From positions 1-34,893 of IMG/VR virus record IMGVR_UViG_3300006127_000048: a stretch of DNA of 34,893 nucleotides; one strand, given 5' to 3'. Below are positions 8,539 to 17,542 of the stretch, in pieces (the stretch's first letter is position 1; the number at the start of each line of letters is the position of its first letter). The position numbers and the translations under genes are program-made. The notes beneath the pieces were generated by a model. That model worked only from the letters and a program-made list of their open reading frames with translations. It searched no databases and was not told the DNA's origin. The stretch comes from a virus (taxonomy: Duplodnaviria > Caudoviricetes).

Positions 8539-9003
8539 ATGGCAAAATCACAAGTACAATTCACGAAAGACAATGAATACTACACACCGAAGTCATTTGT
8601 AGATAGATTCGGTAAGTTTGATTATGATCCAGCGACTACTAAAGAAAAAGCTATGGAGTTTGGTGTACCTAATTTTGATACGGTTGAAACTGATGGACTT
8701 TCAAAAGACTGGTCGCAATACAAACGGATATGGATAAATCCACCATTCACAAGGAAACATGAGTTTCTTGCAAAGGCATGGTTTACCTATCTGAAATCAA
8801 AAAATGAAATATACATATTATTTCCGATTGAATTTATGACTACTGCCAGATTCCATAATGCTATCGGGGGGGGCAAAATCTTCATTCCTAACGGAAGAAT
8901 CAATTTTGAAAGTGGACTTGGAAAGAAAGGAAAATCCCCTGCTTTTGGAAGTGTTGTAATGAAACTACAAGATACATTTGAAATAGAGTTGATAAATAAG
9001 TAA
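8539..9003 (+). CDS. Phage Dam-like DNA N6-adenine methyltransferase
   Basis: EYYTPK, FDYDPA, DGLSKDW, WINPPF and GRINF motifs of the phage Dam family. Confidence 0.88.
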   Translation: MAKSQVQFTKDNEYYTPKSFVDRFGKFDYDPATTKEKAMEFGVPNFDTVETDGLSKDWSQYKRIWINPPFTRKHEFLAKAWFTYLKSKNEIYILFPIEFMTTARFHNAIGGGKIFIPNGRINFESGLGKKGKSPAFGSVVMKLQDTFEIELINK

Positions 9004-9032
9004 TTGACATTTTATAAATTCAGCGTTAAACT
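9004..9032 (+). promoter_or_regulatory. Sigma70 promoter
   Basis: TTGACA (9004-9009)-17-TAAACT (9027-9032); ATG at 9042. Confidence 0.7.
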
Positions 9033-9041
9033 AGCCTTAAT

Positions 9042-9221
9042 ATGCCTACCAAACCAAAATGGATAGAAAAAGTAAAAAAGAATATTATCAAACACAATAA
9101 TTCTCTTACACCAGAAGAGCGTGTAAAAAGTGCTTCAAAAGCTGGCAAGGCTTCATGGGCTAAATTAACTATTGAACAAAAGGCGGATCGTCTAAGGAAA
9201 ATGCGTGCTGGAAGAAAATGA
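9042..9221 (+). CDS. Small basic helical protein (59 aa), putative DNA-binding regulator
   Basis: Not in track. MPTKPKWIEKVKK...LTPEERVKSASKAGKASWAKLTIEQKADRLRKMRAGRK; ATGA-coupled to the next gene. Confidence 0.65.
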   Translation: MPTKPKWIEKVKKNIIKHNNSLTPEERVKSASKAGKASWAKLTIEQKADRLRKMRAGRK

Positions 9222-9424
9222 TAATACTTGTTGAAAATGCTAAAAAAGGAATGAAAGTATTTATGGGAATAGGTACTGAAACTATACTAAAAATAATCCG
9301 TACACAAGGAAGATTGAAAGGAATCAATGATGACCAGATTCTATATCATGTATATATGACAAGTGGTTATAAACTGGCTAAAAGTAAAGGTGAAAGGCTT
9401 GATGTTATGGTTGTGGATAAGTAG
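9218..9424 (+). CDS. Hypothetical protein
   Basis: 68-aa ORF with ATGA overlap. Confidence 0.6.
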   Translation: MIILVENAKKGMKVFMGIGTETILKIIRTQGRLKGINDDQILYHVYMTSGYKLAKSKGERLDVMVVDK

Positions 9425-9456
9425 CGTTTGACAGGCGTATATCCATTTGCTAATAT
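9412..9456 (+). promoter_or_regulatory. Sigma70 promoter with an upstream DnaA box
   Basis: TGTGGATAA (9412-9420), TTGACA (9428-9433)-17-TAATAT (9451-9456). Confidence 0.75.
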
Positions 9457-9584
9457 ATCTATATGGGTCGATACATTACAAACATAACAAGCCCGTTCCA
9501 TTCTATCCCTTACTCCGATTCTTTGAATACTGTACAAAGCCTAAATATCGGTGGGCTTGGGGATAGAATAGAGCCAAAGTAATT

Positions 9585-9758
9585 ATGTCAAAAAAGCAAG
9601 TAAAAATGATCGAGGAAGTGTTCCTCTCGGAGGATATTCCAGAGCAACCATTCCTAGATATGCGAGAGATACAAGAAGAAGAAACTAGAATTGAGAAAGA
9701 AGAAAGATTAAAAAAGTTTATGAATTGGATCAGCAGTAAGAAAATGGCGAGAGCATAG
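9585..9758 (+). CDS. Small charged hypothetical protein (57 aa)
   Basis: Not in track. MSKKQVKMIEEVFLSEDIPEQPFLDMREIQEEETRIEKEERLKKFMNWISSKKMARA. Confidence 0.6.
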   Translation: MSKKQVKMIEEVFLSEDIPEQPFLDMREIQEEETRIEKEERLKKFMNWISSKKMARA

Positions 9759-9808
9759 AGTACCTACCCAGATTACTAGACTATTAAAAATCTATTAATC
9801 TAAAAATT

Positions 9809-10282
9809 ATGAAATTATTTCACTCAAATCAGCACACTTATAACTTAGCAGAACGTCTTAACAGATTCGTTATCAAATGGATTAAACGAATTACACTTGT
9901 GACTTTACTAGCATGGGCATTAGTTGGAGCATTGAAAATTGGACAGCACTTATTTCCTCAAACTGTTTATGCAGAGAAAGAAGTACAAGTACCAGTAGAA
10001 ACTTCAATACCAGTTCTAGATCGTATCATTCAATGTGAATCAGGCGGTCAACAATATGGTAAAGATGGACAGATATTAGTAAACATCAATGTTCAACAAG
10101 ACGGCACAAAATCTATTGATGTAGGAGTTGGTCAAGTGAATGTTACAGCTTGGGGTTCATTAGCAACGAAACTTGGTTACGACCTTACAAAAGAAAAAGA
10201 TAACAAGGCATTTACAAAATACTTGTTTCTAAATAAAGGTTCTGAACCTTGGTATTCAAGTAAAAAATGTTGGAATAAATAG
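9809..10282 (+). CDS. Membrane-anchored lytic transglycosylase (SLT/lysozyme-like)
   Basis: TM helix ITLVTLLAWALVGAL; catalytic motif IIQCESGG, DVGVGQVN and C-terminal PWYSSKKCW. Confidence 0.8.
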   Translation: MKLFHSNQHTYNLAERLNRFVIKWIKRITLVTLLAWALVGALKIGQHLFPQTVYAEKEVQVPVETSIPVLDRIIQCESGGQQYGKDGQILVNINVQQDGTKSIDVGVGQVNVTAWGSLATKLGYDLTKEKDNKAFTKYLFLNKGSEPWYSSKKCWNK

Positions 10283-10283
10283 C

Positions 10284-10487
10284 ATGAATACAAAAGATTG
10301 TTGGTCATTACAAAAAACAAATATGAAATACACACATTTCTCAGATGAAATACAGAGAGGTTCTAGAGAAGATCATGACGCTTTCGGTACATTCTTCTCA
10401 TTCGTATTATCAATCGTACTTATTGGAATACTTACGCTAGTCGCAGTAAATGTATTTCACTTTAATAGTTTAATTAATTCATTATAA
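10284..10487 (+). CDS. Small membrane protein
   Basis: One TM helix FFSFVLSIVLIGILTLVAV; alternative start at 10323. Confidence 0.6.
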   Translation: MNTKDCWSLQKTNMKYTHFSDEIQRGSREDHDAFGTFFSFVLSIVLIGILTLVAVNVFHFNSLINSL

Positions 10488-10490
10488 TTT

Positions 10491-11186
10491 ATGACAAAAG
10501 AAATTGCAGTAAATAAAGAAGCGACAGAAGTAGAGAGCCTAATAGGTCAAGCAATATCAAAGGGTGCTTCTATTGAGACACTCGAAAAGCTCCTTGCTAT
10601 GCGTAAGGAATTGAAAGCAGAACAAGCTAGAGAGGCATATACAGATGCTATAGCTACATTCCAGTCAGAATGTCCTGTAATCAAAAAAGTTAAGTCAGTA
10701 ATGAACAAAGACGGAAAGTCTATTCGTTACAAATATGCTCCTCTTGATTCAATCGTCTCACAAGTACAAAAGCCACTTGCAAGTGCAGGATTATCTTACT
10801 CATTTGATGAAAGGAAAGATGATAAGACTATTACTGCTATTTGTAAGATTACTCACAAGCTCGGTCATTCAGAAATTAGTTCATTCCAAATACCTATTGG
10901 TGCAGAGGAATACATGTCTGATCCACAAAAGCATGGTGCTCGTATCACGTTTGCAAAGCGTTATGCCTTTTGTAATGCACTTGGTATTTTGACAGGAGAT
11001 GAGGATACAGATGCAGAAGACAAAAAATCTAACGAAAAATTGGATTCTCTTAGAGAAAAAGTATTACAGATATCAACGATTGATGCTCTAAAAAAGTTCT
11101 ATGAAGAAAATAAGGGTGCAGGAAAGGAGTTTGCAAAAATGGTAACTGAACAGAAAAAGTTTATCCTTGAAGCTGATAAAGAATAA
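10491..11186 (+). CDS. erf: ERF-family single-strand annealing protein
   Basis: YKYAPLDSIV, ITHKLGHSE and QKHGARITFAKRYAFCNALGILTGDEDTDA match the ERF signature GSxxTYxxRYxLxxxxGIxxxxDxD. Confidence 0.9.
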   Translation: MTKEIAVNKEATEVESLIGQAISKGASIETLEKLLAMRKELKAEQAREAYTDAIATFQSECPVIKKVKSVMNKDGKSIRYKYAPLDSIVSQVQKPLASAGLSYSFDERKDDKTITAICKITHKLGHSEISSFQIPIGAEEYMSDPQKHGARITFAKRYAFCNALGILTGDEDTDAEDKKSNEKLDSLREKVLQISTIDALKKFYEENKGAGKEFAKMVTEQKKFILEADKE

Positions 11187-11187
11187 C

Positions 11188-11793
11188 ATGAAGATTCATC
11201 AAGTAGAACAAGGTACTCCTGAATGGCACGCACTACGCCTACAGTACCCTTTAACTGCTAGCAATGCTCAAAGTATAGGTAATCAAGGTAAGGGTCTTGA
11301 AACCCTCGTAATGGAGAAAATGGCTCAAAAATACAGTAGTGCAATCATTGAGCAGTACACCAACAAAGACTTAGAACGTGGTATTGAGCTTGAACCACAG
11401 GCACGAAGCCTATACGAACTTGAGACAGGTAATACTGTTGAAGTTGTAGGTTTTGTAACTAATCCTAGAATATCAAGTGTTGCAGGTTGTAGTCCTGATG
11501 GTGTAGTTCAACCTGATGGTCTTGTAGAGATAAAGTGCTTTGATGATACTAAACATTTTGAAATGACACTTGAAGAAGATTTCAAAATTGAAAGTAAATA
11601 TATGTGGCAGATGCAAATGCAAATGCTTATATGTAATACAGCTTGGTGCGATTTCGTAGCCTATAACCCTAACTACAAAAAATCTTTACTTATCAAGCGT
11701 ATCGGAGTTGATCTAGTTATGCGAGAGAAGATAAAGACAGGTCTAGCAATCGGAGAGAAACTTATTAACGATATTGAAGCTAAAATTAAATAA
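11188..11793 (+). CDS. YqaJ / lambda-exonuclease family nuclease
   Basis: QGTPEWHALR, LTAS, RGIELEPQAR, SPDG, EIKC and YMWQMQMQM; paired with ERF. Confidence 0.92.
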   Translation: MKIHQVEQGTPEWHALRLQYPLTASNAQSIGNQGKGLETLVMEKMAQKYSSAIIEQYTNKDLERGIELEPQARSLYELETGNTVEVVGFVTNPRISSVAGCSPDGVVQPDGLVEIKCFDDTKHFEMTLEEDFKIESKYMWQMQMQMLICNTAWCDFVAYNPNYKKSLLIKRIGVDLVMREKIKTGLAIGEKLINDIEAKIK

Positions 11794-11798
11794 ATACA

Positions 11799-11957
11799 AT
11801 GACTTTTGAAGATTACATGCAAGAGATACACGCAAAGAATTACACTGGAACTGACGATAATATGCCAGACCATTATAACGAATGGCTTTCAGATCAAGGT
11901 GTTGATTACATAATGCAAGAAGCCCAAAAGTGGGGCGATACTCTAACAAACAAATAA
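11799..11957 (+). CDS. Small acidic hypothetical protein (52 aa)
   Basis: Not in track. MTFEDYMQEIHAKNYTGTDDNMPDHYNEWLSDQGVDYIMQEAQKWGDTLTNK fills the gap between its neighbours. Confidence 0.7.
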   Translation: MTFEDYMQEIHAKNYTGTDDNMPDHYNEWLSDQGVDYIMQEAQKWGDTLTNK

Positions 11958-11958
11958 T

Positions 11959-12747
11959 ATGACTACAGAGTTTATAATCAAGTTCGACTATACATTAGAG
12001 GCTTTACAAACAATGGCAAAGGAATCGGAGTATGTTGATATTACAAATCTTGATGCGGTGAAAGACGAATACAAGAAGTTTGTTAAAATACGCACAACAA
12101 TCAAGAGACAGGAAAAGGAAATGGTAGACGGCGCAAATGATTTCCGCAGTAAAGTATTCGACAAGCGTAACGAGTACCTTGCAATCACTGAACCTGTTGA
12201 AAAGAAGTTTAAGGATATTCTTGATGCAGAGGAACAGAAGAAAATCATGGAAATCCGCAGATCACTTTTGGCAGGAAAGAAACAGTCGCTCGCTTCACTC
12301 GACATTTCACCAGTATCAGATGACTTCATCTTGACACTCGATGACACGCAGTGGGTTGCTTTCTTTCAAGAAAAGATTGCCGAAAATAGTGCAAACATAG
12401 CCCGTAAGGAAGTCGAAAAGAAGCGTGAGGCTGACCAAAAGGCACGAGAGGAACAGATAAAGAAAGAAATGGCTGAAAAGGCAGAGATAGAAAAGAAACA
12501 GGCTCTAGCTAAGGCAGAGAAAGACAAGGCTGACGCTATCGCTAAAATAGAGCGTGAGGCAAAAGAAAAGGTCGAAAAGGAGAAGCGTGATAAGGAGTTA
12601 TCTGAAAAGAAAGAAGCAGAGGCACAGGCAAAACTTGAGGCAAACAAAAAGTATCAGAAGTTTCTTGCAGACAACAATTACAACGAAAAAACTGATATAA
12701 TTATAGAAACAAGTATCTATAGACTAGTAGCAACATTTAAGAAATAA
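11959..12747 (+). CDS. Coiled-coil protein (DUF1351-like) of the recombination module
   Basis: 262 aa with a KE-rich helical C-terminal half; family call is by resemblance and position only. Confidence 0.55.
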   Translation: MTTEFIIKFDYTLEALQTMAKESEYVDITNLDAVKDEYKKFVKIRTTIKRQEKEMVDGANDFRSKVFDKRNEYLAITEPVEKKFKDILDAEEQKKIMEIRRSLLAGKKQSLASLDISPVSDDFILTLDDTQWVAFFQEKIAENSANIARKEVEKKREADQKAREEQIKKEMAEKAEIEKKQALAKAEKDKADAIAKIEREAKEKVEKEKRDKELSEKKEAEAQAKLEANKKYQKFLADNNYNEKTDIIIETSIYRLVATFKK

Positions 12748-12749
12748 AT

Positions 12750-13076
12750 ATGGATAAAATCTCAATAAAAATTGACGTATCGAAGATAGATAAATCAATG
12801 ATAACTCATCGTACTTTTAAGACAAAAGACGGTAAGGAAGTTACTGTCAGAGAAATTGCACTTGATATAGTTCCAGTAAAAGAAGCAAAGTTACTCAAAG
12901 AAGGAGATACGTACCAATTATGGAAAACTCATTTTGTGACGATCCCACAGACAAAAGAGGAACGAGAAAATAAGATTAAATCACCAATACTTGGCGATGG
13001 TATTATGTTTAAGAATAAAGATGTACCACAAGGTGAATTATCTCCTGATATTAGTCCTGATGATATACCTTTCTAA
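12750..13076 (+). CDS. Putative single-stranded DNA-binding protein
   Basis: Beta-rich 108 aa ending in the SSB-type acidic tail DDIPF; located in the ERF-exonuclease module. Confidence 0.7.
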   Translation: MDKISIKIDVSKIDKSMITHRTFKTKDGKEVTVREIALDIVPVKEAKLLKEGDTYQLWKTHFVTIPQTKEERENKIKSPILGDGIMFKNKDVPQGELSPDISPDDIPF

Positions 13077-13081
13077 AAACC

Positions 13082-13426
13082 ATGTCTCACTTTGACGAAA
13101 TAAAATCCAAGCTACAGCAATATCCTCTTGCAAGAGAACGCAAAAATAAAAACGTCTTTATTGCTCGATTACTTCTAAATAAGTTTTCATCTCGCTTACA
13201 AACTGGAATAGATGAAAAGCTCATGGAGGATATTATAGTTACTGGTGCAAGTTACGATAGAAACTTTAGACAGGTTTTACAGGAATGTCCTGAACTTCGT
13301 GGCTCGGATTATTCGGATAAGCAGTCGTTGGAAGAAGATAAAATGTTACAATTAGGCTATCAACCTAAAATTAAGGAGGATAAAATTATCAAAGATATAG
13401 CTAAGCCTTATAAAGACCATGAATGA
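13082..13426 (+). CDS. Hypothetical protein
   Basis: 114-aa ORF, tightly packed. Confidence 0.7.
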   Translation: MSHFDEIKSKLQQYPLARERKNKNVFIARLLLNKFSSRLQTGIDEKLMEDIIVTGASYDRNFRQVLQECPELRGSDYSDKQSLEEDKMLQLGYQPKIKEDKIIKDIAKPYKDHE

Positions 13427-13637
13427 AAAACAAGCATATAATACTTTAGTTGATCATTTTTCTCCACCAATAACATTATCATATGTTGTAGATGAAGAAG
13501 GTAGAATGTTAAGTTTCTTTGACTTTCATTCTCAAATGAATGATGAATGTAGGTTATATTTCCACGATACTTTTTCAACTCCAAGTAAAGAAATACGGTT
13601 GACAACTGATGATGTAAGAATGCTTGGTAAGTGGTAA
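13419..13637 (+). CDS. Hypothetical protein
   Basis: 72-aa ORF overlapping the previous stop. Confidence 0.6.
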   Translation: MNEKQAYNTLVDHFSPPITLSYVVDEEGRMLSFFDFHSQMNDECRLYFHDTFSTPSKEIRLTTDDVRMLGKW

Positions 13638-13722
13638 TGGCTCTTTTAGGGGTAAAGTTTCCGAAAGTTAATTGAATTTGCAGATTGTGCTGAAAGGGTA
13701 GTTAAATCTTGGAATAAATAAA

Positions 13723-14175
13723 ATGACAAACGCAAAGAAAAAAGGAAATCATGGTGAGAACTTATTTGCTACTTTCTTGCGTTCACATGGATTTAAGGCT
13801 TTTAGAGATTCAGCAAGTGGCGGATCAACCCATAAATCAGATATAGTAAATGGATTAGATTATTCAATGGAAGTTAAGACTGTTAAAAAACTGAACCTAA
13901 AAGAATGTTGGAAGCAAGTTACACGAGATTCTTCTATAGCTCATAATTCACCATTACTTGCAATTCACCTAGATGGTATGCCTGAAAATGAGTGGATTAT
14001 AGGATTACACTCAAACGATTGGGTAGAACTAGAAAAAACTGCTCGTCAAAAGCCTAAAATTGAGGATAACCGAGCAGAAACACACCAGTACGATAGGAAT
14101 ACCATATATGCCTTACAACAGCTTAAATCGCAAATAAACAGGGTTTCTAAATTACTTGAAGATGAAAACCAATAA
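13723..14175 (+). CDS. PD-(D/E)xK nuclease, Holliday junction resolvase-like
   Basis: KKKGNHGE...SGG...SDIV...MEVK pattern of Hjc-like phage resolvases. Confidence 0.8.
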   Translation: MTNAKKKGNHGENLFATFLRSHGFKAFRDSASGGSTHKSDIVNGLDYSMEVKTVKKLNLKECWKQVTRDSSIAHNSPLLAIHLDGMPENEWIIGLHSNDWVELEKTARQKPKIEDNRAETHQYDRNTIYALQQLKSQINRVSKLLEDENQ

Positions 14176-14683
14176 ATACAATCCTTCATATACCTCACAA
14201 GTCTTTCTCGGCAAAGTCGGTTTAGATGGAGTTACAAAAAAAGTAGCTTTAAATGCACCAAAACTATACCAACATTTCTTAAACGAACAGACTAAAGTCG
14301 GAGATGAAGTAGCTATGTATATTACAAGTAAAAGACCAAAAAGAAGTTTGTTACAAAATAATTACTATGCGTTGTATCTATCGCTAATTTCAACGGCTAG
14401 TGGTTATACACCAAAAGAATTACGTGCATGGGCAAAAGGAAAGTTTTTATCACGAGGAATAAAAGAAATCTACGGAGAAAAGACTAGGATTGTAGATAGT
14501 TCTGCGGATCTAAGAATTGGTGAGTTCTGTGAGTTTCTTTGTCAGATAGAAGAAGCTACGGAAATACCATGTCCTAAAACTGATCCGTTCTTGAAAGCAC
14601 TTACACAAGAGGAGTTTAATGATCTAAAAGAATCTCAAAAACAGGCTTACTCAAAAATGAAAGCTAAAATCGTAATTAACTAA
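14162..14683 (+). CDS. NinB/Orf-like recombination protein
   Basis: KRSLLQNNYY motif and SSADLRIGEFCEFLCQIE C-terminal motif resemble the NinB family. Confidence 0.6.
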   Translation: MKTNKYNPSYTSQVFLGKVGLDGVTKKVALNAPKLYQHFLNEQTKVGDEVAMYITSKRPKRSLLQNNYYALYLSLISTASGYTPKELRAWAKGKFLSRGIKEIYGEKTRIVDSSADLRIGEFCEFLCQIEEATEIPCPKTDPFLKALTQEEFNDLKESQKQAYSKMKAKIVIN

Positions 14684-14684
14684 C

Positions 14685-14840
14685 ATGCCCTGCATTACCC
14701 ACAAACTAGTTCTCGTAGGCAACCACTACATTAACGGCAAGCAAGATAGTTCAACTTTCTCCGAGGGTGAATGGCGTGAAGAAAAAGTATGTAAGGTGTG
14801 TGGAGTGGTATGGGATTATAAATTAAATAAAAAAAGATGA
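14685..14840 (+). CDS. Small Zn-binding protein (51 aa)
   Basis: Not in track. MPCITH...CKVCG; ATGA-coupled to the next gene. Confidence 0.55.
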   Translation: MPCITHKLVLVGNHYINGKQDSSTFSEGEWREEKVCKVCGVVWDYKLNKKR

Positions 14841-15259
14841 CTCAACAAACATGTGATATATGTAATCCAAAAGAAAAAATACCAGAAAGCGGAACTATGA
14901 CTGCATGTGGTAAACACTCCGTAGATTATGTTCACCAACAAACATGGGAGGAAAGTATAATCAATCCAAGTAAAGGATTTGGAGACGGTGAATGGAAGGA
15001 TATTCCTACTTGGCAAGAAAGGTTTGATGAGAAGTTTGATAAACCATTATCAGATATAGTCCATAAACATTTAGCTAATCCTATTAGTCGATATACCTAT
15101 TACGATAATACAGAGATTAAATCCTTCATCTCCCAAGAACTTAACCGACAGAGAGAGGAGATAAAAGAAATTGCAGAATCATGTAAGGAAGAAATTGAAA
15201 CTGATGGGGTGACTATTACCACTATAAATTATCAAAGATTTATTAAGCAACTCAAATGA
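14837..15259 (+). CDS. Hypothetical protein with N-terminal CxxC...CxxH
   Basis: 140 aa. Confidence 0.65.
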   Translation: MTQQTCDICNPKEKIPESGTMTACGKHSVDYVHQQTWEESIINPSKGFGDGEWKDIPTWQERFDEKFDKPLSDIVHKHLANPISRYTYYDNTEIKSFISQELNRQREEIKEIAESCKEEIETDGVTITTINYQRFIKQLK

Positions 15260-15295
15260 CCAAACAAGAGATAATTAAATCTAATAATAATTAAG

Positions 15296-15481
15296 ATGAA
15301 AAAGCCGAAGAAAATAAAGATAAAGTTATCCGAAATTGAAATGAGTATAATCATACAAAATTGGTTACTTGATAAGAAAGTTTCAAACATGGGGCTTATT
15401 TCAATAGAGGCTCACCGACATATACGAAAGTTTATAAAAGGGTTAAGAGCAATATGTTTATCAGAAGAATTGCAAGACTAA
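15296..15481 (+). CDS. Hypothetical protein
   Basis: 61-aa co-oriented ORF. Confidence 0.55.
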   Translation: MKKPKKIKIKLSEIEMSIIIQNWLLDKKVSNMGLISIEAHRHIRKFIKGLRAICLSEELQD

Positions 15482-15493
15482 TCCCCCACGATA

Positions 15494-15841
15494 ATGGGGA
15501 AAAGAAATAAAATGACCAACCCAAAAACAATAGCATATCAGGAACAAATGAAAGAGTTTGAAGCAAGATTCCCATTTTGGAAGGCAGGGCAGAACTGTAT
15601 GCAAGAACCAACAGATGAATCACAAGATATTAAACATTTTCTTACCTCCTCCTACCTCCACCAGCTTGAAGAAGAGGTGAAGAGGTTGAGGGGGAAGAAA
15701 AGGGAATTGAAACACGATAAATGGTGCGACAGTTACGAATGTTCATGTGGTTGGGAACAAGGAGAAGGTTTTAATCAGTGTCTTGATTCCGAAATCGCCC
15801 TGTGTGAAGAAGCCATTAAAGAGATAAAAGAATTACGATGA
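15494..15841 (+). CDS. Hypothetical protein
   Basis: 115 aa; alternative start at 15512. Confidence 0.65.
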   Translation: MGKRNKMTNPKTIAYQEQMKEFEARFPFWKAGQNCMQEPTDESQDIKHFLTSSYLHQLEEEVKRLRGKKRELKHDKWCDSYECSCGWEQGEGFNQCLDSEIALCEEAIKEIKELR

Positions 15842-15932
15842 AAAAGAAACCTAAACCATGCACCCACCCTAAACATTTGTATTGCGTAACCTGTGGTAGT
15901 GGTGGAGCAAGCATTATCAATAAAACCTAAAT

Positions 15933-16571
15933 ATGGCAACAGAACTAAAAAGTGAATTGATAGAGGCGTGCGGTTGGCACACAATCGGATCCGAAGCGGA
16001 TTGGCGAAAGTGCCAACAGTGTGTGAAGCGGTACAAGAAATACAACATCATCTACGCTGACCCGCCTTGGTCTTATAGGGATAAAGCCCTCGCTGGAAAT
16101 AGAGGTGCTGGGTGCAAATATCCCGTTCAAAGCAAAGCGTGGTTAGAGGCATTGGATGTGAAAGGTATTGCCGACACCGACTGTATTTTATTTCTCTGGG
16201 TAACAATGCCGAAACTCGACGAGGCGTTTGACTTGATAAAGGCGTGGGGTTTCAACTACAAAACAGTGGCGTTCACTTGGGTAAAGCGCAATAAGAAAGC
16301 AGATAGTTGGTTTTGGGGAATGGGTAGGTGGACACGCGCCAATGCCGAGTTATGTTTACTTGCCACAAAAGGAAGCCCTACTCGCGTATACGCAGGTGTT
16401 CACTCTGTTGTTGATACGCCCATTGAAGGACATTCAAAAAAAACTGATTGTGTTCGGGGTCGAATTATTGACCTTGTTGGTAATGCGCCGCGCATTGAAC
16501 TCTTTGCACGACAAAAAACCGAGGGTTGGGACGTATGGGGGAACGAAATAGAAAGTGATATTGTTCTTTGA
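15933..16571 (+). CDS. MT-A70 family adenine methyltransferase
   Basis: YNIIYADPPW, LFLWVT, WGFNYKTVAFTWVK, GMGRWTRANAELCLLA, HSKK, RIELFAR and GWDVWGNE. Confidence 0.93.
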   Translation: MATELKSELIEACGWHTIGSEADWRKCQQCVKRYKKYNIIYADPPWSYRDKALAGNRGAGCKYPVQSKAWLEALDVKGIADTDCILFLWVTMPKLDEAFDLIKAWGFNYKTVAFTWVKRNKKADSWFWGMGRWTRANAELCLLATKGSPTRVYAGVHSVVDTPIEGHSKKTDCVRGRIIDLVGNAPRIELFARQKTEGWDVWGNEIESDIVL

Positions 16572-16599
16572 CGCTTTTATAAATTAACTAAAAAAATAT

Positions 16600-16764
16600 A
16601 TGAAAATAGAAATGGGTGAGAAAAAATACTGTCCTGAATGTACACATGAGGAATGTCCAACATGCCACGCTTGCCACAATCAACCATGTGTATTCTTTCA
16701 AAATCCTTTTAAAGAATGTTACCAGGCATTATTAAGAACTTTTCCCTCCCCAACTAACTCGTAA
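16600..16764 (+). CDS. Small Cys/His-rich protein (54 aa)
   Basis: Not in track. ...YCPECTHEECPTCHACHNQPC... Confidence 0.6.
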   Translation: MKIEMGEKKYCPECTHEECPTCHACHNQPCVFFQNPFKECYQALLRTFPSPTNS

Positions 16765-16770
16765 ATATAT

Positions 16771-17337
16771 ATGAATCAAGGCGGAAAATTAGCTGGTGGA
16801 AACCCAGCCAGAGGTAGAGCAGATAATGATTATTATGCTACACACCCAGATAGTACAAAAGCATTGCTGGCTGTTGAGGAGATTATTTACCCTGCTTTAG
16901 AACCATCATGTGGTGAGGGACATATATCAAAACTGTTAGATGGGTATAGAACAAAGTCTTTTGATTTGATTGATAGAGGATATGGAAATGTGGGAACAGA
17001 TTTTCTTACCACTGATTTTGTTGGGGAATATGCAACAGTAATTACAAATCCTCCATTTAATTTGTTTCAAGAGTTTGTGGAAAAATCTTTGAGAATAGCT
17101 ACAAAAAAAGTTATAATGTTTGGTAAGTTACAAGCTCTTGAAGGTCAAAAGCGAGCAACATTTCTTCAAAAAACACCATTACGAACAGTATATGTTTTTA
17201 AAAAAAGACAGCAACCTATGAGAAACGGAAAATCAAATGATGAGGTTACAGGAAAGAAAATGAGTTCTACAATGGCGTTCGCTTGGTTCGTATGGGAAAT
17301 TGGCTATCAAGGAAAACCAACTATTGAATGGATTTAA
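16771..17337 (+). CDS. DNA amino-methyltransferase (NPPF)
   Basis: DYYAT, SAM-binding LEPSCGEGHIS, DFL, catalytic VITNPPF and AWFVW. Confidence 0.88.
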   Translation: MNQGGKLAGGNPARGRADNDYYATHPDSTKALLAVEEIIYPALEPSCGEGHISKLLDGYRTKSFDLIDRGYGNVGTDFLTTDFVGEYATVITNPPFNLFQEFVEKSLRIATKKVIMFGKLQALEGQKRATFLQKTPLRTVYVFKKRQQPMRNGKSNDEVTGKKMSSTMAFAWFVWEIGYQGKPTIEWI

Positions 17338-17359
17338 TCCCCCTCACCCCTATAAACAA

Positions 17360-17542
17360 ATGAAAGAAGAAGTCGTAATGCCAAAAGTTCAGATGCAAAA
17401 GTATGGTAAAAACTGGAGAGTAACTTTTACTATAGGTTATCAAACATTTGGAGTTGAATCATTCAGAACGAAAAAGGAGAACGAATGGCTTGTAAAAATG
17501 CTTAAAGAGGCGTTTGGAAGAATAAATCCACCTAATGAATAA
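17360..17542 (+). CDS. Hypothetical protein; last gene of the early block
   Basis: Start re-set to ATG 17360; 60 aa. Confidence 0.6.
   Translation: MKEEVVMPKVQMQKYGKNWRVTFTIGYQTFGVESFRTKKENEWLVKMLKEAFGRINPPNE

Noticed and set aside
11988-12647. Ser/Phe/Ala-rich minus-strand ORFs
   Set aside because: They are antisense shadows of the KE-rich coiled-coil gene.
16600-16764. c-type cytochrome (CxxCH motifs CPTCH and CHACH)
   Set aside because: There is no signal peptide and the motifs overlap, so Zn binding is more plausible.
13723-17337. Restriction-modification system (PD-(D/E)xK nuclease plus methyltransferases)
   Set aside because: The nuclease has a resolvase-like signature, sits next to the NinB-like gene and is not adjacent to any methyltransferase.
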